In this document: positions 1 to 9,614 of the stretch, piece after piece
Layout of the letters: each line of letters opens with the position of its first letter
Numbering within the stretch: the first letter of the stretch is position 1
DNA from: Dehalococcoidia bacterium
Lineage (GTDB): Bacteria; Chloroflexota; Dehalococcoidia; DSTF01; RBG-16-68-14
Reading direction: 5' to 3'
Length of the DNA: 64,000 nucleotides
NCBI GenBank assembly: GCA_040882355.1
Contig: JBBEBM010000029.1
Span: 62,001 to 126,000, forward strand
Position numbers and translations under genes: made by a program
The notes under the pieces: generated by a model
Database searches by the model: none
The model's input: the letters and a program-made list of their open reading frames with translations, nothing else
Told to the model about the DNA's origin: nothing

Positions 1-543
1 ACCAACGGCGTCGATGTGCTCGGCTGGGACTTTGCCTTCGAGCTCAACGAGGTCGCCAAACAGCAGGCCGCCCAGGCCAACATTGACGTTCGCTTCCTCC
101 GCATCCCCCGCGATGTGATGGACAAGCGGGCCGTGGACCAGGGCGACGTCCGCTTCTTCGAGCTCGCCGCGCTCTCGATTGACGTGCAACACCGTGGCCT
201 AAATCTACAAGTCGCGCTCACCGACTTCGTCATCCCCCCGGACGATGTGCCGGAGGACGTTCAGAAGGCGATCACCCACTGGGAGCAGTGGATCGACTAC
301 TGGGCGGTCGACTGGGACTTCAAGGCCGACACGTTCCACAACCAGTGGCAGGACTATCGCACGCGCAAGAAGCGCGCCCTCCAGAAGTCCACAACTCACA
401 CCTATGACGAGCCCGGTGACTATACTGTCGTCATCAAGGTGATCGACATCCTCGGCAACGATACGACGAAGACGGTAAAGGTGAAGGTGGGAGCGGATGG
501 CGCAAAGAAAAAGGCCCCCGCGCGAGCAGCTCGGTCTACTTGA
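1..543 (+). CDS. C-terminal part of type III-like R-M DNA methyltransferase (Mod), truncated by window start
   Basis: Frame open from base 1; WIDYWAVDWD...KVIDILGNDT tail resembles Mod proteins; overlaps Res gene. Confidence 0.75.
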   Translation, partial: TNGVDVLGWDFAFELNEVAKQQAAQANIDVRFLRIPRDVMDKRAVDQGDVRFFELAALSIDVQHRGLNLQVALTDFVIPPDDVPEDVQKAITHWEQWIDYWAVDWDFKADTFHNQWQDYRTRKKRALQKSTTHTYDEPGDYTVVIKVIDILGNDTTKTVKVKVGADGAKKKAPARAARST

Positions 544-3067
544 GCCGCGGGCGAAGACCGCGCCCTGCGTGCCGCAGATCCGGGAGGCGGTGGCGGACTG
601 GAAGGCGCGCGACTACAAGGGGATCACCGACACCACGCGCCTGCTGCTCAACTACTGGTTCAAGACCGATCACCGTCTGCCCAACGGCCGTGCCTTCAGG
701 TATCACGACTCCCAGCGCGAAGCGATCGAGACCCTGGTCTACGTCTACGAGGTTGCCGCCGCGCGGCGGCACAAGGACCTGCTGGAGAGGTACGTCACCA
801 ACGTGCCTGACCTCCGCCTCCTCCAGTACGACGACTTTGCCCGCTACTGCGTCAAGATGGCCACAGGCAGCGGCAAGACCAAGGTCATGGCACTCGCAGT
901 CGCCTGGCAGTACTTCAACGCCGTCGTTGAGGGCCGGGACGACTACGCCAAGACCGCCCTGATCATCGCGCCCAACGTCATCGTCTTCGAGCGCCTCAGC
1001 ACGGACTTCGCCGGCGGGCGCATCTTTCGAACCGATCCCATCATTCCCGCGGAGCTCTCGATCTTCTGGGATTTCGACTGCTACATGCGCGGGGACGCGG
1101 AGCGCACTACCTCGCAAGGCGCGCTCTACCTGACCAACGTCCAGCAGTTCTACGAGCGTCCATCGAGCTCGGACGGCATCGAACCCGAGGAGATGACCGG
1201 CGTCCTAGGTTCTCCCCCTCCATCCAAGACCATCGAGATCGAGGACTTCGCTACCCGCATCGTCGCTCGCGGCGGGCCGTGCGTCGTCGTCAACGACGAA
1301 GCGCACCACACGCACGACGAAGAGAGCGCATGGAGCCTGGTGATCCGCGAACTCCACTCGCGCTGCCCTGGTGGGCTCGCCGCGCAGCTCGACTTCACCG
1401 CGACGCCTCGCTACAGCAAAGGCGCCCTCTTCACCTGGACCGTCTACGACTATCCCCTCAAGCAGGCCATTACCGACAATATCGTCAAGCGCCCTGTGAA
1501 GGGCATCGCGACTGGCATCGCCGAGGGCCGCTCTGAGATCGCCAGCACGAAGTACGCCCCATTCCTAACAGCCGGTGTCGAACGCTGGCGCGAGTATCGG
1601 GACCAGCTCGCGCCGCTGCACAAGAAGCCGATCCTGTTCGTGATGATGAACGGGACGAAAGAGGCTGACGACGTCGGCAGCTACCTTCAAGCTAAGTACC
1701 CGGACGAGTTCGGTGACACGCGGCTTCTGGTGATCCACACAGACAACACTGGCAACGTATCGAAGAAAGATTTGGACAAGGCTCGCCAGGTCGCGCGCGA
1801 CGTTGACCGGGAGGAGATCCCGGTCAACGCGATCGTCAGCGTCCTCATGCTGCGTGAAGGCTGGGATGTCCAGAACGTCACGGTCGTCGTGGGCCTCCGC
1901 CCGTATACGTCCAAGGCCAACATCCTCCCTGAGCAGACCGTCGGGCGTGGGCTCCGTCTCATGTTCCGCGACTGGATCGACCGCCCGTCATACGTGGAAC
2001 GTGTCGACGTGATCGGAAACAAGGCGTTTATCGAGTTCGTCGAGAAGCTCGAGCTTGAAGAGGACTTGGAGCTTGAAACCTTCGAGGTGGGCAAGGACAA
2101 GCTCGTCATTACCACCATCGCGCCCGACCCCGACAAGATGGCCAAGGACATCGCGGTCCCGGTTCTCAGCCCCATCCTCACGCGCAAGAAGACCCTTTCT
2201 GAGGAGATCGCGTCGCTCGACGTGACATCGATGGAGTGCCCCGTGCTGCCTCGCAAGGAGGGTGACGAGGCCGCCAAGACGTTTCACTACGAGGGGCACG
2301 ATATCGTAACGCTGCAGAAGATTGTTGAACGCGACTACACCATCCCTCCTCCACAGACCAGCCAGGAGGTCATCTCCTACTACGCCAAGCGCATCGCCCA
2401 GGATGTGAAGCTTCCGTCGCAGTTCGCCGCTCTCGTGCCCAAGGTCCGCGAGTTCCTTGAGACAAGAGCGTTCGGCGAGCCGGTTGACCTGAACCAACGC
2501 GAGATGATCCTGGCGATCAGTTCAAACGTTGCCCAGTACGTCACCGTAAAGACGTTTGTTCAGGCGCTGCGCGCCCTCGTTGTCGAGGAGCTGCAGCCTG
2601 TCCTCGTCAGCGAGGGACGGCGGCTCTCGGAGACGCCGCCGTTCCCCTGGTCTCGCGCCACGCTCGTGGCGGGCAAGACCGTCTTCAACCTCGTGCCCTG
2701 CGACAACGAGTTCGAGAAGCGCTTTGCCCGGTTCTTGGAGGATGCGCCGGACGTTGAAGCCTTCGCCAAGCTCCCCGACCAGTTCGGCTTCGCCGTCGAG
2801 TACACTGACTCGGCCGGGAACCTCCGCTACTACCACCCCGATTTCGCCCTGCTCGCGGGCGGCACCCACTACTTGATCGAGACCAAAGGCCGGGAAGATG
2901 TCGATGTCTCCCACAAAGATCGCGCCGCGAAGATGTGGTGCGAGAACGCCACCATGCTCACAGAAGCGCCGTGGGATTACATCAAGGTTCCGCAGAAGGA
3001 CTTTGAGAAGTTGGAGGCGACCCACTTCTCCGATCTCATCGTCTTCGCGGTCCCGCCGCTCCTTTAG
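497..3067 (+). CDS. Type III restriction Res subunit (SF2 helicase + PD-(D/E)xK nuclease)
   Basis: MATGSGKT, NDEAHH, FTATP, LREGWD, QTVGRGLR, C-terminal YHPDF...IETKG. Confidence 0.9.
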   Translation: MAQRKRPPREQLGLLEPRAKTAPCVPQIREAVADWKARDYKGITDTTRLLLNYWFKTDHRLPNGRAFRYHDSQREAIETLVYVYEVAAARRHKDLLERYVTNVPDLRLLQYDDFARYCVKMATGSGKTKVMALAVAWQYFNAVVEGRDDYAKTALIIAPNVIVFERLSTDFAGGRIFRTDPIIPAELSIFWDFDCYMRGDAERTTSQGALYLTNVQQFYERPSSSDGIEPEEMTGVLGSPPPSKTIEIEDFATRIVARGGPCVVVNDEAHHTHDEESAWSLVIRELHSRCPGGLAAQLDFTATPRYSKGALFTWTVYDYPLKQAITDNIVKRPVKGIATGIAEGRSEIASTKYAPFLTAGVERWREYRDQLAPLHKKPILFVMMNGTKEADDVGSYLQAKYPDEFGDTRLLVIHTDNTGNVSKKDLDKARQVARDVDREEIPVNAIVSVLMLREGWDVQNVTVVVGLRPYTSKANILPEQTVGRGLRLMFRDWIDRPSYVERVDVIGNKAFIEFVEKLELEEDLELETFEVGKDKLVITTIAPDPDKMAKDIAVPVLSPILTRKKTLSEEIASLDVTSMECPVLPRKEGDEAAKTFHYEGHDIVTLQKIVERDYTIPPPQTSQEVISYYAKRIAQDVKLPSQFAALVPKVREFLETRAFGEPVDLNQREMILAISSNVAQYVTVKTFVQALRALVVEELQPVLVSEGRRLSETPPFPWSRATLVAGKTVFNLVPCDNEFEKRFARFLEDAPDVEAFAKLPDQFGFAVEYTDSAGNLRYYHPDFALLAGGTHYLIETKGREDVDVSHKDRAAKMWCENATMLTEAPWDYIKVPQKDFEKLEATHFSDLIVFAVPPLL

Positions 3068-3069
3068 GC

Positions 3070-3497
3070 CCCCGCCCCCGCGCCACCCGCCCCTTCGCGC
3101 TCTCCCGCCGACCCCGTATCCTCACACTCGACAACACCGCGAGGCCGCACCCTCATCCAGCCCGCGCCCTCAGATTCGGCGCTGGAAAGGAGGACCGCCC
3201 TGATCAGCCCGAAAAAGGCAATTTTGCAAAACGTACTGCCACCTTTCGTGTGCCCTGCACGCACGAGTGCCCTGCACGCATTGCCCTCTGGAAGCTGAGG
3301 GTTTTCAACCCTCAGACGTGGTNNNNNNNNNNCCCCACCCCAGTGCCACCCACCCCTTCGCGCTCTCCCGCCGGCCCCGTATCCTCACACTCGACAACAC
3401 CGCGAGGCCGCACCCGCATTCAGCCCGCGCCCTCAGATTCGGCGCTGGAAAGGAGGACCGCCCTGATCCGCCCGAAAAGGCGTTTTTGCCAAACGTA
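3070..3497. repeat. Two diverged ~165-bp direct copies (about 3070-3235 and 3335-3497) flanking the N gap
   Basis: Shared TATCCTCACACTCGACAACACCGCGAGG...GGAAAGGAGGACCGCCCTGATC with several substitutions. Confidence 0.85.
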
Positions 3498-3499
3498 AT

Positions 3500-3700
3500 G
3501 ACACGAAACGGCATCTCCTTGACAGCGGCGCGCCACCTGAGCCGTCCTTCCCTCTCCCGCTGGGAGAGGGGCAGTCGAAGACTGGGGAGAGGGTGACACG
3601 AAACGGCATCTTCTTGACGGCGGCGCGCCACCTGAGCCGTCCTTCCCTCTCCCGCTGGGAGAGGGCCAGTCGAAGACTGGGGAGAGGGTGACACGAAACG
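3500..3700. repeat. 95-bp tandem repeat x2 containing a CCCTCTCCC..GGGAGAGGG palindrome
   Basis: Unit starts GACACGAAACG at 3500, 3595, 3690. Confidence 0.9.
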
Positions 3701-3889
3701 CTTGCTGTGCTCGCGGAGGAGGGGCGGTGCTCAAGCATCCAGCGCCTGCCCTCGAGCGAAGCGAAGGGCCTGCCCTGAGCGGCGTCGAAGGGTCAAGCCT
3801 CCAGCCGCTTCGTCGGCGCTCCTTGTGAGCGCTCAGCGCTGTGCGATACAGTTCTTGTACACACTGTCCCGCCTCAGGAGGAAGAATCG

Positions 3890-4234
3890 GTGCCCGTCTA
3901 CGAGTATCGCTGCGAAAAGTGCGGCAACCAGTACGAAAAGCGCGAGGGCTTCGAAGCCCCCGCCCGCCAGAAGTGCCCGAAGTGCCGCGGCAAGGCGCTG
4001 CGCGTCCTCCACGCTGCGTCCGTCGTCTTCAAGGGAAGCGGCTTCTACATCACCGACAACCGCAAGACGCCGGCCGAGTCCTCCACTGACAGCGCCCCGA
4101 TGAAGTCCGACGACGGCGCCTCGACGAAGTCCGACGACGGCGCCTCGACCAAGACCGCCTCCGCGAAGTCGAACGACAGCCCTGCCAGCAAGACCCCCGA
4201 CAAGCCCGCCACCGAGTCCGCCGCCGCCACCTAG
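3890..4234 (+). CDS. FmdB-family zinc-ribbon protein with low-complexity tail
   Basis: [12 protein letters not shown]...CPKC...[10 protein letters not shown]; 24-bp repeat x2 at 4103-4150. Confidence 0.9.
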   Translation: MPVYEYRCEKCGNQYEKREGFEAPARQKCPKCRGKALRVLHAASVVFKGSGFYITDNRKTPAESSTDSAPMKSDDGASTKSDDGASTKTASAKSNDSPASKTPDKPATESAAAT

Positions 4235-4244
4235 CCCCCGTCCC

Positions 4245-4715
4245 ATGCGGGCCGTCCTCCAGCGCGTCACCCGCGCCGCCGTCACCGTCCATGGCGAGAC
4301 CGTCGGCCAGATCGGCCCCGGCCTCGTCGTGCTGCTGGGCGTCGCTCAGGGCGACGGCCCGGACGACGCGCGCCGCCTCGCGACGAAGGTCGCCGAGTTG
4401 CGCATCTTCGCCGACGACGAGAGCCGCTTCAGCCGCTCGCTGCTCGATTCGGGCGGCGCGGCGCTCGTCGTCAGCCAGTTCACGCTCCTGGCCGACGTCC
4501 GCAAGGGCCGCCGTCCCTCCTTCACCGACGCGGCGTCGCCCGATGAGGCGTCCGCGCTCGTCGACGCCTTCGCGCACGCGCTGCGCGACATAGGCGTGCC
4601 GGTCGAGACCGGCCGTTTCGGCGCGCACATGCTCGTCGAGCTCACGAACGACGGCCCGGTGACCATCGTACTGGACACGGCGGATCTCGATCGGCCGAGA
4701 CGGCAGAGGGGTTAG
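4245..4715 (+). CDS. dtd: D-aminoacyl-tRNA deacylase
   Basis: [25 protein letters not shown]. Confidence 0.95.
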   Translation: MRAVLQRVTRAAVTVHGETVGQIGPGLVVLLGVAQGDGPDDARRLATKVAELRIFADDESRFSRSLLDSGGAALVVSQFTLLADVRKGRRPSFTDAASPDEASALVDAFAHALRDIGVPVETGRFGAHMLVELTNDGPVTIVLDTADLDRPRRQRG

Positions 4716-5179
4716 GAAGGCAGCCGTCGCCACGGGGCGACGAAGGCGAAGACCGCGAAGCCCGCCGCAAGGATGGTGAGCGGCACGCTGGCGCCGGCCG
4801 AAAGGGCCAGGTACGTCAGCGTCGCGGTCGTGGCGCTCAGGATCGCGAGCTCGGGCAGGCGGCCTTGCCAGCGCGCTCTGGTGCGCTGGATGATGCGCCT
4901 GCCCACCATCGCCAGCTCTTCGGTCAGCGGTGGCTCGGCTTCCGCCGGCATGGCGGTCGTCGGGGATGGCGTGCCGCTCGATTTGGGCAAGAGCACCAGG
5001 TATGCGCGGTTCAGGTTGTCCAGGCGGGCGCGTGCCTTCTTGTCGCGGCTGGCTTCGGCCCGGAACTTGCGGGCGAGGTGCCAGTACGCCTGCGTCACGA
5101 TCTCCTCGTCAGCGGACGAAGCCACCTGGAGGACCTTGCAGGCCTCGGTCTTAGTCATCGCGCGGGCAGCAGAAGCCAT
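4712..5179 (-). CDS. J-domain-like membrane protein
   Basis: ACKVLQV...AYWHLARK...LNRAYLVL plus two C-terminal hydrophobic helices. Confidence 0.65.
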   Translation of the reverse strand: MASAARAMTKTEACKVLQVASSADEEIVTQAYWHLARKFRAEASRDKKARARLDNLNRAYLVLLPKSSGTPSPTTAMPAEAEPPLTEELAMVGRRIIQRTRARWQGRLPELAILSATTATLTYLALSAGASVPLTILAAGFAVFAFVAPWRRLPS

Positions 5180-5292
5180 TCCACCTAAGTTTTCGGCCAA
5201 AGGGTGCCGGGAATGAAGGGTGGGGTGGGCGCGAACCTGAGGGTCGGGGTATGATGGGCGCGAACTCGAAGCTATTCCTGAGGAGCCACGCA

Positions 5293-6375
5293 ATGACCTA
5301 CACCATCACCCTCATCCCCGGCGACGGCACCGGCCCCGAGATCGCTGAGGCGACCCGGCGTGTGCTCGAGGCGACCGGCGTGCCCATCGAGTGGGACGTC
5401 CAGGACGCCGGCGTCGACGTAATGGAGCGCGAGGGCACGCCGCTGCCCGACCGCGTCATCGAGTCGATCAGGCGCAACAAGATCGCAATCAAGGGCCCCG
5501 TGACGACGCCGGTGGGCACCGGCTTTCGCTCGGTGAACGTCGCCCTGCGGAAGTCGCTCAGCCTCTACGCGTGTGTGCGCCCCTGCAAGTGGTACCCCGG
5601 CGTCCGCAGCCGCTACGACAACGTCGACATCGTCATCGTGCGCGAGAACACGGAGGACCTTTACGCTGGCATCGAGTTCGAGAAGGGCTCCGAGTGGGTG
5701 CCGAAGCTCTCCGACATCACCGAGGCGAGCGGGCAGGGCCGCCTCCGCGACGACGCCGGCGTGTCGCTCAAGCCGATCTCGGTGTTCGGCTCGGAGCGCA
5801 TCGTTCGCTACGCGTTCGAGTACGCGCGGGCGAATGGCCGCAAATCGGTCGTGGCGGTGCACAAAGCGAACATCATGAAGTACTCTGACGGCCTGTTCCT
5901 GCAGGTCGCGCGCGACGTGGCGAAGCGCTACCCGGATATCGAGTTCTGGGACGTGATCGTGGACAACGTCTGCATGCAGCTCGTGCAGCGGCCGGAGCAG
6001 TTCGATGTGCTGGTGCTGCCCAACCTCTACGGCGACATCATCTCGGACCTCTGCGCCGGCCTCGTAGGCGGGCTGGGCGTCGCGCCGGGCGCGAACATCG
6101 GCGACGACGGCGCCCTCTTCGAGCCCACGCACGGCAGTGCCCCGAAGTACGCCGGGCAGAACAAGGTGAACCCGATGGCGATGATGTTCTCCGGCATGCT
6201 GATGCTCCGTCACATCGGCGAGAAGGATGCGGGCGACCGGCTGGAGCACGCGCTCGCGGACGTGATCCGCGAGGGCAAGTCCGTGACGTACGACATGAAG
6301 GCGGACCGCAACGACCCGACGGCGGTCGGCACCTCGCGGGTCGCAGACGCCGTCATCGAAAAGCTGCGGGCGTAG
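5293..6375 (+). CDS. icd: Isocitrate/isopropylmalate dehydrogenase family, probably isocitrate dehydrogenase
   Basis: [51 protein letters not shown]. Confidence 0.88.
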   Translation: MTYTITLIPGDGTGPEIAEATRRVLEATGVPIEWDVQDAGVDVMEREGTPLPDRVIESIRRNKIAIKGPVTTPVGTGFRSVNVALRKSLSLYACVRPCKWYPGVRSRYDNVDIVIVRENTEDLYAGIEFEKGSEWVPKLSDITEASGQGRLRDDAGVSLKPISVFGSERIVRYAFEYARANGRKSVVAVHKANIMKYSDGLFLQVARDVAKRYPDIEFWDVIVDNVCMQLVQRPEQFDVLVLPNLYGDIISDLCAGLVGGLGVAPGANIGDDGALFEPTHGSAPKYAGQNKVNPMAMMFSGMLMLRHIGEKDAGDRLEHALADVIREGKSVTYDMKADRNDPTAVGTSRVADAVIEKLRA

Positions 6376-6427
6376 GCACCCCCGCGCCGGCTGCGCCGCG
6401 GTCAGAAACGCGAAGAAGGAGGCTCGC

Positions 6428-6838
6428 ATGCGCCTAGAACCACTGTACAGCTTTACTGCAAGTCTTCGGCCCCGACAGATCGGTGTCATGCCAGACGGTG
6501 CTCGGCTAGATGTGGAGTTCGAAGGAGATCTAGACCCGGGGGGTCGTCTCACAGGCCACCTGCGAGCCATCAACTATCTTACGGTGAGGAGTGACGGAGT
6601 CGCACATGTCGATGTGCGGGGTACAGTAACCACTGCCGAAGGTGAGGTGGTAGCCTTCAAGGCTACTGGTCTCACGGTGCCCGCGCCGGACGGCTCGGCA
6701 ACGGTCAGGGACGCTGTGACCTACCAGACCGGCGCCAGCAACCTGGCCTGGCTCAACGCAACCGTCGGCTTTGCTGCCGGCAACGCTGATCTGACCAAGG
6801 GTGAGCTGAGGCTGTCAGTATATACCTTGGAGGACTAA
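6428..6838 (+). CDS. DUF3237-like protein
   Basis: VRSDG..DVR..YQTG..LAWLN pattern; AAGGAGG RBS. Confidence 0.65.
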   Translation: MRLEPLYSFTASLRPRQIGVMPDGARLDVEFEGDLDPGGRLTGHLRAINYLTVRSDGVAHVDVRGTVTTAEGEVVAFKATGLTVPAPDGSATVRDAVTYQTGASNLAWLNATVGFAAGNADLTKGELRLSVYTLED

Positions 6839-6865
6839 TGTGTCTCGGAGTCCGCGCAAGCCCCG

Positions 6866-6904
6866 CAGGTGGCGGACGCCGTGATCGAGAAGTTGCGAGG
6901 CTAG
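6866..6904 (+). pseudogene. Orphan duplicate of icd 3' end
   Basis: [12 protein letters not shown] versus icd [12 protein letters not shown] (6337-6375). Confidence 0.8.
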
Positions 6905-6923
6905 CTGGACCTCGGCCACGTCT

Positions 6924-6951
6924 GTAGGGGCGGCTCGCGAGCCGCCCTTAC
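6924..6951. repeat. GTAG-type REP palindrome
   Basis: GTAGGGGCGGCTCGCGAGCCGCCCTTAC. Confidence 0.8.
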
Positions 6952-6981
6952 CTCCCGCGCGGGTGCTAAGCTATTCCTGCC

Positions 6982-8307
6982 ATGGAGCAGCAGATCCGCT
7001 TCTGCACGAGCGCCGACGGCACGCGCATCGCCTACTCCACCGTGGGCGAAGGCCCGCCTCTGGTGCTGGTGCCCGGGTGGGTAGTAAGCCATCTGGAGTT
7101 CGGATGGAGCCAGTCCGATGTCAGGACATTCTACGAAGGGCTGGCGACCGGACGTTTGCTGATACGCTATGACAGGCGGGGAACTGGCCTGAGTGACCGA
7201 GGTGTTCAGGACATCTCGTTCGAGGCCCAGGTGCGTGATCTCGGATCTGTCGTCGACGCGCTGCGGGTAGAGCGATTCGCCCTGATGGGGTGGTCGGAAG
7301 GCGGCTCGGCCGCGATATCCTACGCCGCTCGCAATCCGAACAGGGTGTCTCATCTGATACTCTATGCTACATGCCATCGGTGGCCTACTTCTCCAGAGTT
7401 TATGGAGCCACTGTTGGCGCTGATTCGGACTCAGTGGGGGATGGGATCAGCGGCCATGGCGACGCTCGTGGGGGGCTCCGCCGACCCCTCACAGGTCGCG
7501 GCGATTGTCGAGGCACAAAAAGTTTCGGTCTCGGGCACGATGGCCGCCGAGCTACTCCGAGTTAGCAGTGGTGTAGACGTCACTCAAGAGCTCCAGGATA
7601 TCCGTGCGCCCACGCTCATCGCGCAGCGTCGGGGTGATGCCGTCTTTCCCTTCGGCATCGCTCAGGAAATGGCTGCTCTCATTCCCAATGCGCGCCTACG
7701 TCCCCTGGAGGGGGACATTCACCCACCGTGGTGGGGCGATGGTGGAGCCATACTGAGAGTGATCGACGAGTTCCTGGCGGAGGATGAGGAAGCACAAGCC
7801 GGAGACACGCCGTCCGGCACGGCCGTCATCCTCTTCGCCGACATCGCGGACTCCACCGCGCTCACCGAGCGCCTCGGCGACGCGGCGTTCCGCGAACGCG
7901 CCCGCACGCTCGACGAAGCGCTCCGGGCCGCGATCACGGAGGCCGGCGGCACTGCTATCGACGGCAAGGTGCTCGGCGACGGCGTGATGGCGACGTTCGC
8001 GTCGGCGCGCGAGGCGATCGACGCCGCCCTGCACTGCCAGGCGCTCGGCGATGGCGCAGGTCTGCCCCTCCACGCAGGCATCCACGCCGGCGACGTGACG
8101 CGCGAGGGTGGGAACGTGCACGGGGGCGCGGTGCAGGTCGCCGCGCGCATCGCCGACGCCTCGGCGCCGGGGGAGGTGCTCGTTTCCCAGACGGTGCGCG
8201 ACCTGGCCCGCACGTCCGCCGGTGTCTCGTTCGAGGACCGCGGCGAGCGCGAGCTGAAGGGCGTGTCCGAGCCGCTGCGCCTGTTCGCGGTGCAGGAGCA
8301 GCGCTGA
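6982..8307 (+). CDS. Alpha/beta-hydrolase + class III nucleotide cyclase, copy 1
   Basis: YDRRGTGLS, GWSEGG; ILFADIADST, KVLGDG, AARI. Confidence 0.9.
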   Translation: MEQQIRFCTSADGTRIAYSTVGEGPPLVLVPGWVVSHLEFGWSQSDVRTFYEGLATGRLLIRYDRRGTGLSDRGVQDISFEAQVRDLGSVVDALRVERFALMGWSEGGSAAISYAARNPNRVSHLILYATCHRWPTSPEFMEPLLALIRTQWGMGSAAMATLVGGSADPSQVAAIVEAQKVSVSGTMAAELLRVSSGVDVTQELQDIRAPTLIAQRRGDAVFPFGIAQEMAALIPNARLRPLEGDIHPPWWGDGGAILRVIDEFLAEDEEAQAGDTPSGTAVILFADIADSTALTERLGDAAFRERARTLDEALRAAITEAGGTAIDGKVLGDGVMATFASAREAIDAALHCQALGDGAGLPLHAGIHAGDVTREGGNVHGGAVQVAARIADASAPGEVLVSQTVRDLARTSAGVSFEDRGERELKGVSEPLRLFAVQEQR

Positions 8308-9614
8308 TGGAGCCGCGGATCCAGTACGCGAAGACCAGCGATGGGGTGAACATCGCGTTCGCCACTGCGGGCGATGGCCCACCGTTGCTGGTATTATCCA
8401 GTTTCCCGTTCAGCCACGTGCAGGCGATATGGGACATGTTCGCTCATCTCTATCAGCCGCTTGCAGAGCGCTTCCATCTGGTCTGGTACGACTATCGAGG
8501 GGCTGGACTCTCCGATCGCGTCGCGACCGATTTTTCGCTGGACGCTATGGTCCGCGATGTCGAGGCAGTGATTGAGGGTGCGGAGCTCACCCGCTTCGCG
8601 ACGGTCGCCCGCTTCAACGGGGTCCCAATCGCGGTAACCTACGCGGCAATCCGTCCGGAGAAGATTTCATCTCTTGTCCTTGCCGATGGCTGGATGAAGT
8701 TCTCGGACTTCCATCAGAGCCCTGCTGCCATCGTAGCCGAGGGGGCCCTGCGCAGCGGCGATTGGACGGTGTATACGGAAACCGTGGCGCGGCTTTTACT
8801 GGGATTCGAAAACCAGGAGTTTACGGCCCGGTATGCGGCCTATATGCGGGAATGTGTCGAACCGGAAGTTTTGCGATCCGCGCTCCTGGGCGGTGAGGCT
8901 TGGGACGTCTCCGCGTTGCTGCCGCAGGTGTCCGCCCACACGCTCGTCGTTCACAACCGCAACAACCGCTTCCTACCGGTGCAAGCCGGGCAGCGTCTGG
9001 CCGCCCGTATCCCGAAGGCGCGGTTCCAGGTGGTTGACGAGCAGCTGCTTGGTGAGCAACTGGCCGGCATCATAACCGGGTTCCTGGGCGAGTCAGATGA
9101 GATCGCGCAACGCCAAGCAGATTTCCCCACCGGCACCGCCATCATCCTCTTCGCCGACATCGCGGACAGCACCGCGCTCACGGAGCGCCTCGGCGACGCG
9201 GCGTTTCGAGAGCAGGCGCGCGAACTCGACGGCGCACTGCGTTCCGCGATCACGCAGTCGGGTGGCACCGCCATCGACGGCAAGCTGCTCGGCGACGGCG
9301 TGCTCGCCGTCTTCGGCGCGGCGCGCGAGGCGATCGCCTGTGCGCAGGCCTGCCATGCGGCGGGCAGCCAGGCCGGGCTGGCCCTACATATCGGCATCCA
9401 CGCCGGCGACGTGATTCGAGAAGAGGGAAACGTGTACGGCGGCGCCGTCAACATCGCCGCGCGCGTGGCCGGCGAGGCGGCGCCCGGCGAAGTGCTGGTG
9501 TCGCAGACGGTACGCGACCTGGCCCGCACGTCCGCCGGCGTCTCGTTCGACGACCGGGGCGAGCGAGAGCTGAAGGGCGTCGGCGAGCCAGTGCGCGTGT
9601 GGGCGGTGCGGTGA
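8307..9614 (+). CDS. Alpha/beta-hydrolase + class III nucleotide cyclase, copy 2
   Basis: YDYRGAGLS; ILFADIADST, KLLGDG, VNIAARV; TGATG overlap. Confidence 0.9.
   Translation: MEPRIQYAKTSDGVNIAFATAGDGPPLLVLSSFPFSHVQAIWDMFAHLYQPLAERFHLVWYDYRGAGLSDRVATDFSLDAMVRDVEAVIEGAELTRFATVARFNGVPIAVTYAAIRPEKISSLVLADGWMKFSDFHQSPAAIVAEGALRSGDWTVYTETVARLLLGFENQEFTARYAAYMRECVEPEVLRSALLGGEAWDVSALLPQVSAHTLVVHNRNNRFLPVQAGQRLAARIPKARFQVVDEQLLGEQLAGIITGFLGESDEIAQRQADFPTGTAIILFADIADSTALTERLGDAAFREQARELDGALRSAITQSGGTAIDGKLLGDGVLAVFGAAREAIACAQACHAAGSQAGLALHIGIHAGDVIREEGNVYGGAVNIAARVAGEAAPGEVLVSQTVRDLARTSAGVSFDDRGERELKGVGEPVRVWAVR

Noticed and set aside
3500..3700. Possible CRISPR or RNA gene
   Set aside because: Whole 95-bp units repeat with no unique spacers; REP-like.
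6337..6904. Prophage or ICE bounded by att sites in icd
   Set aside because: The insert is only about 0.5 kb, has no integrase, and the repeats are synonymously diverged rather than identical.
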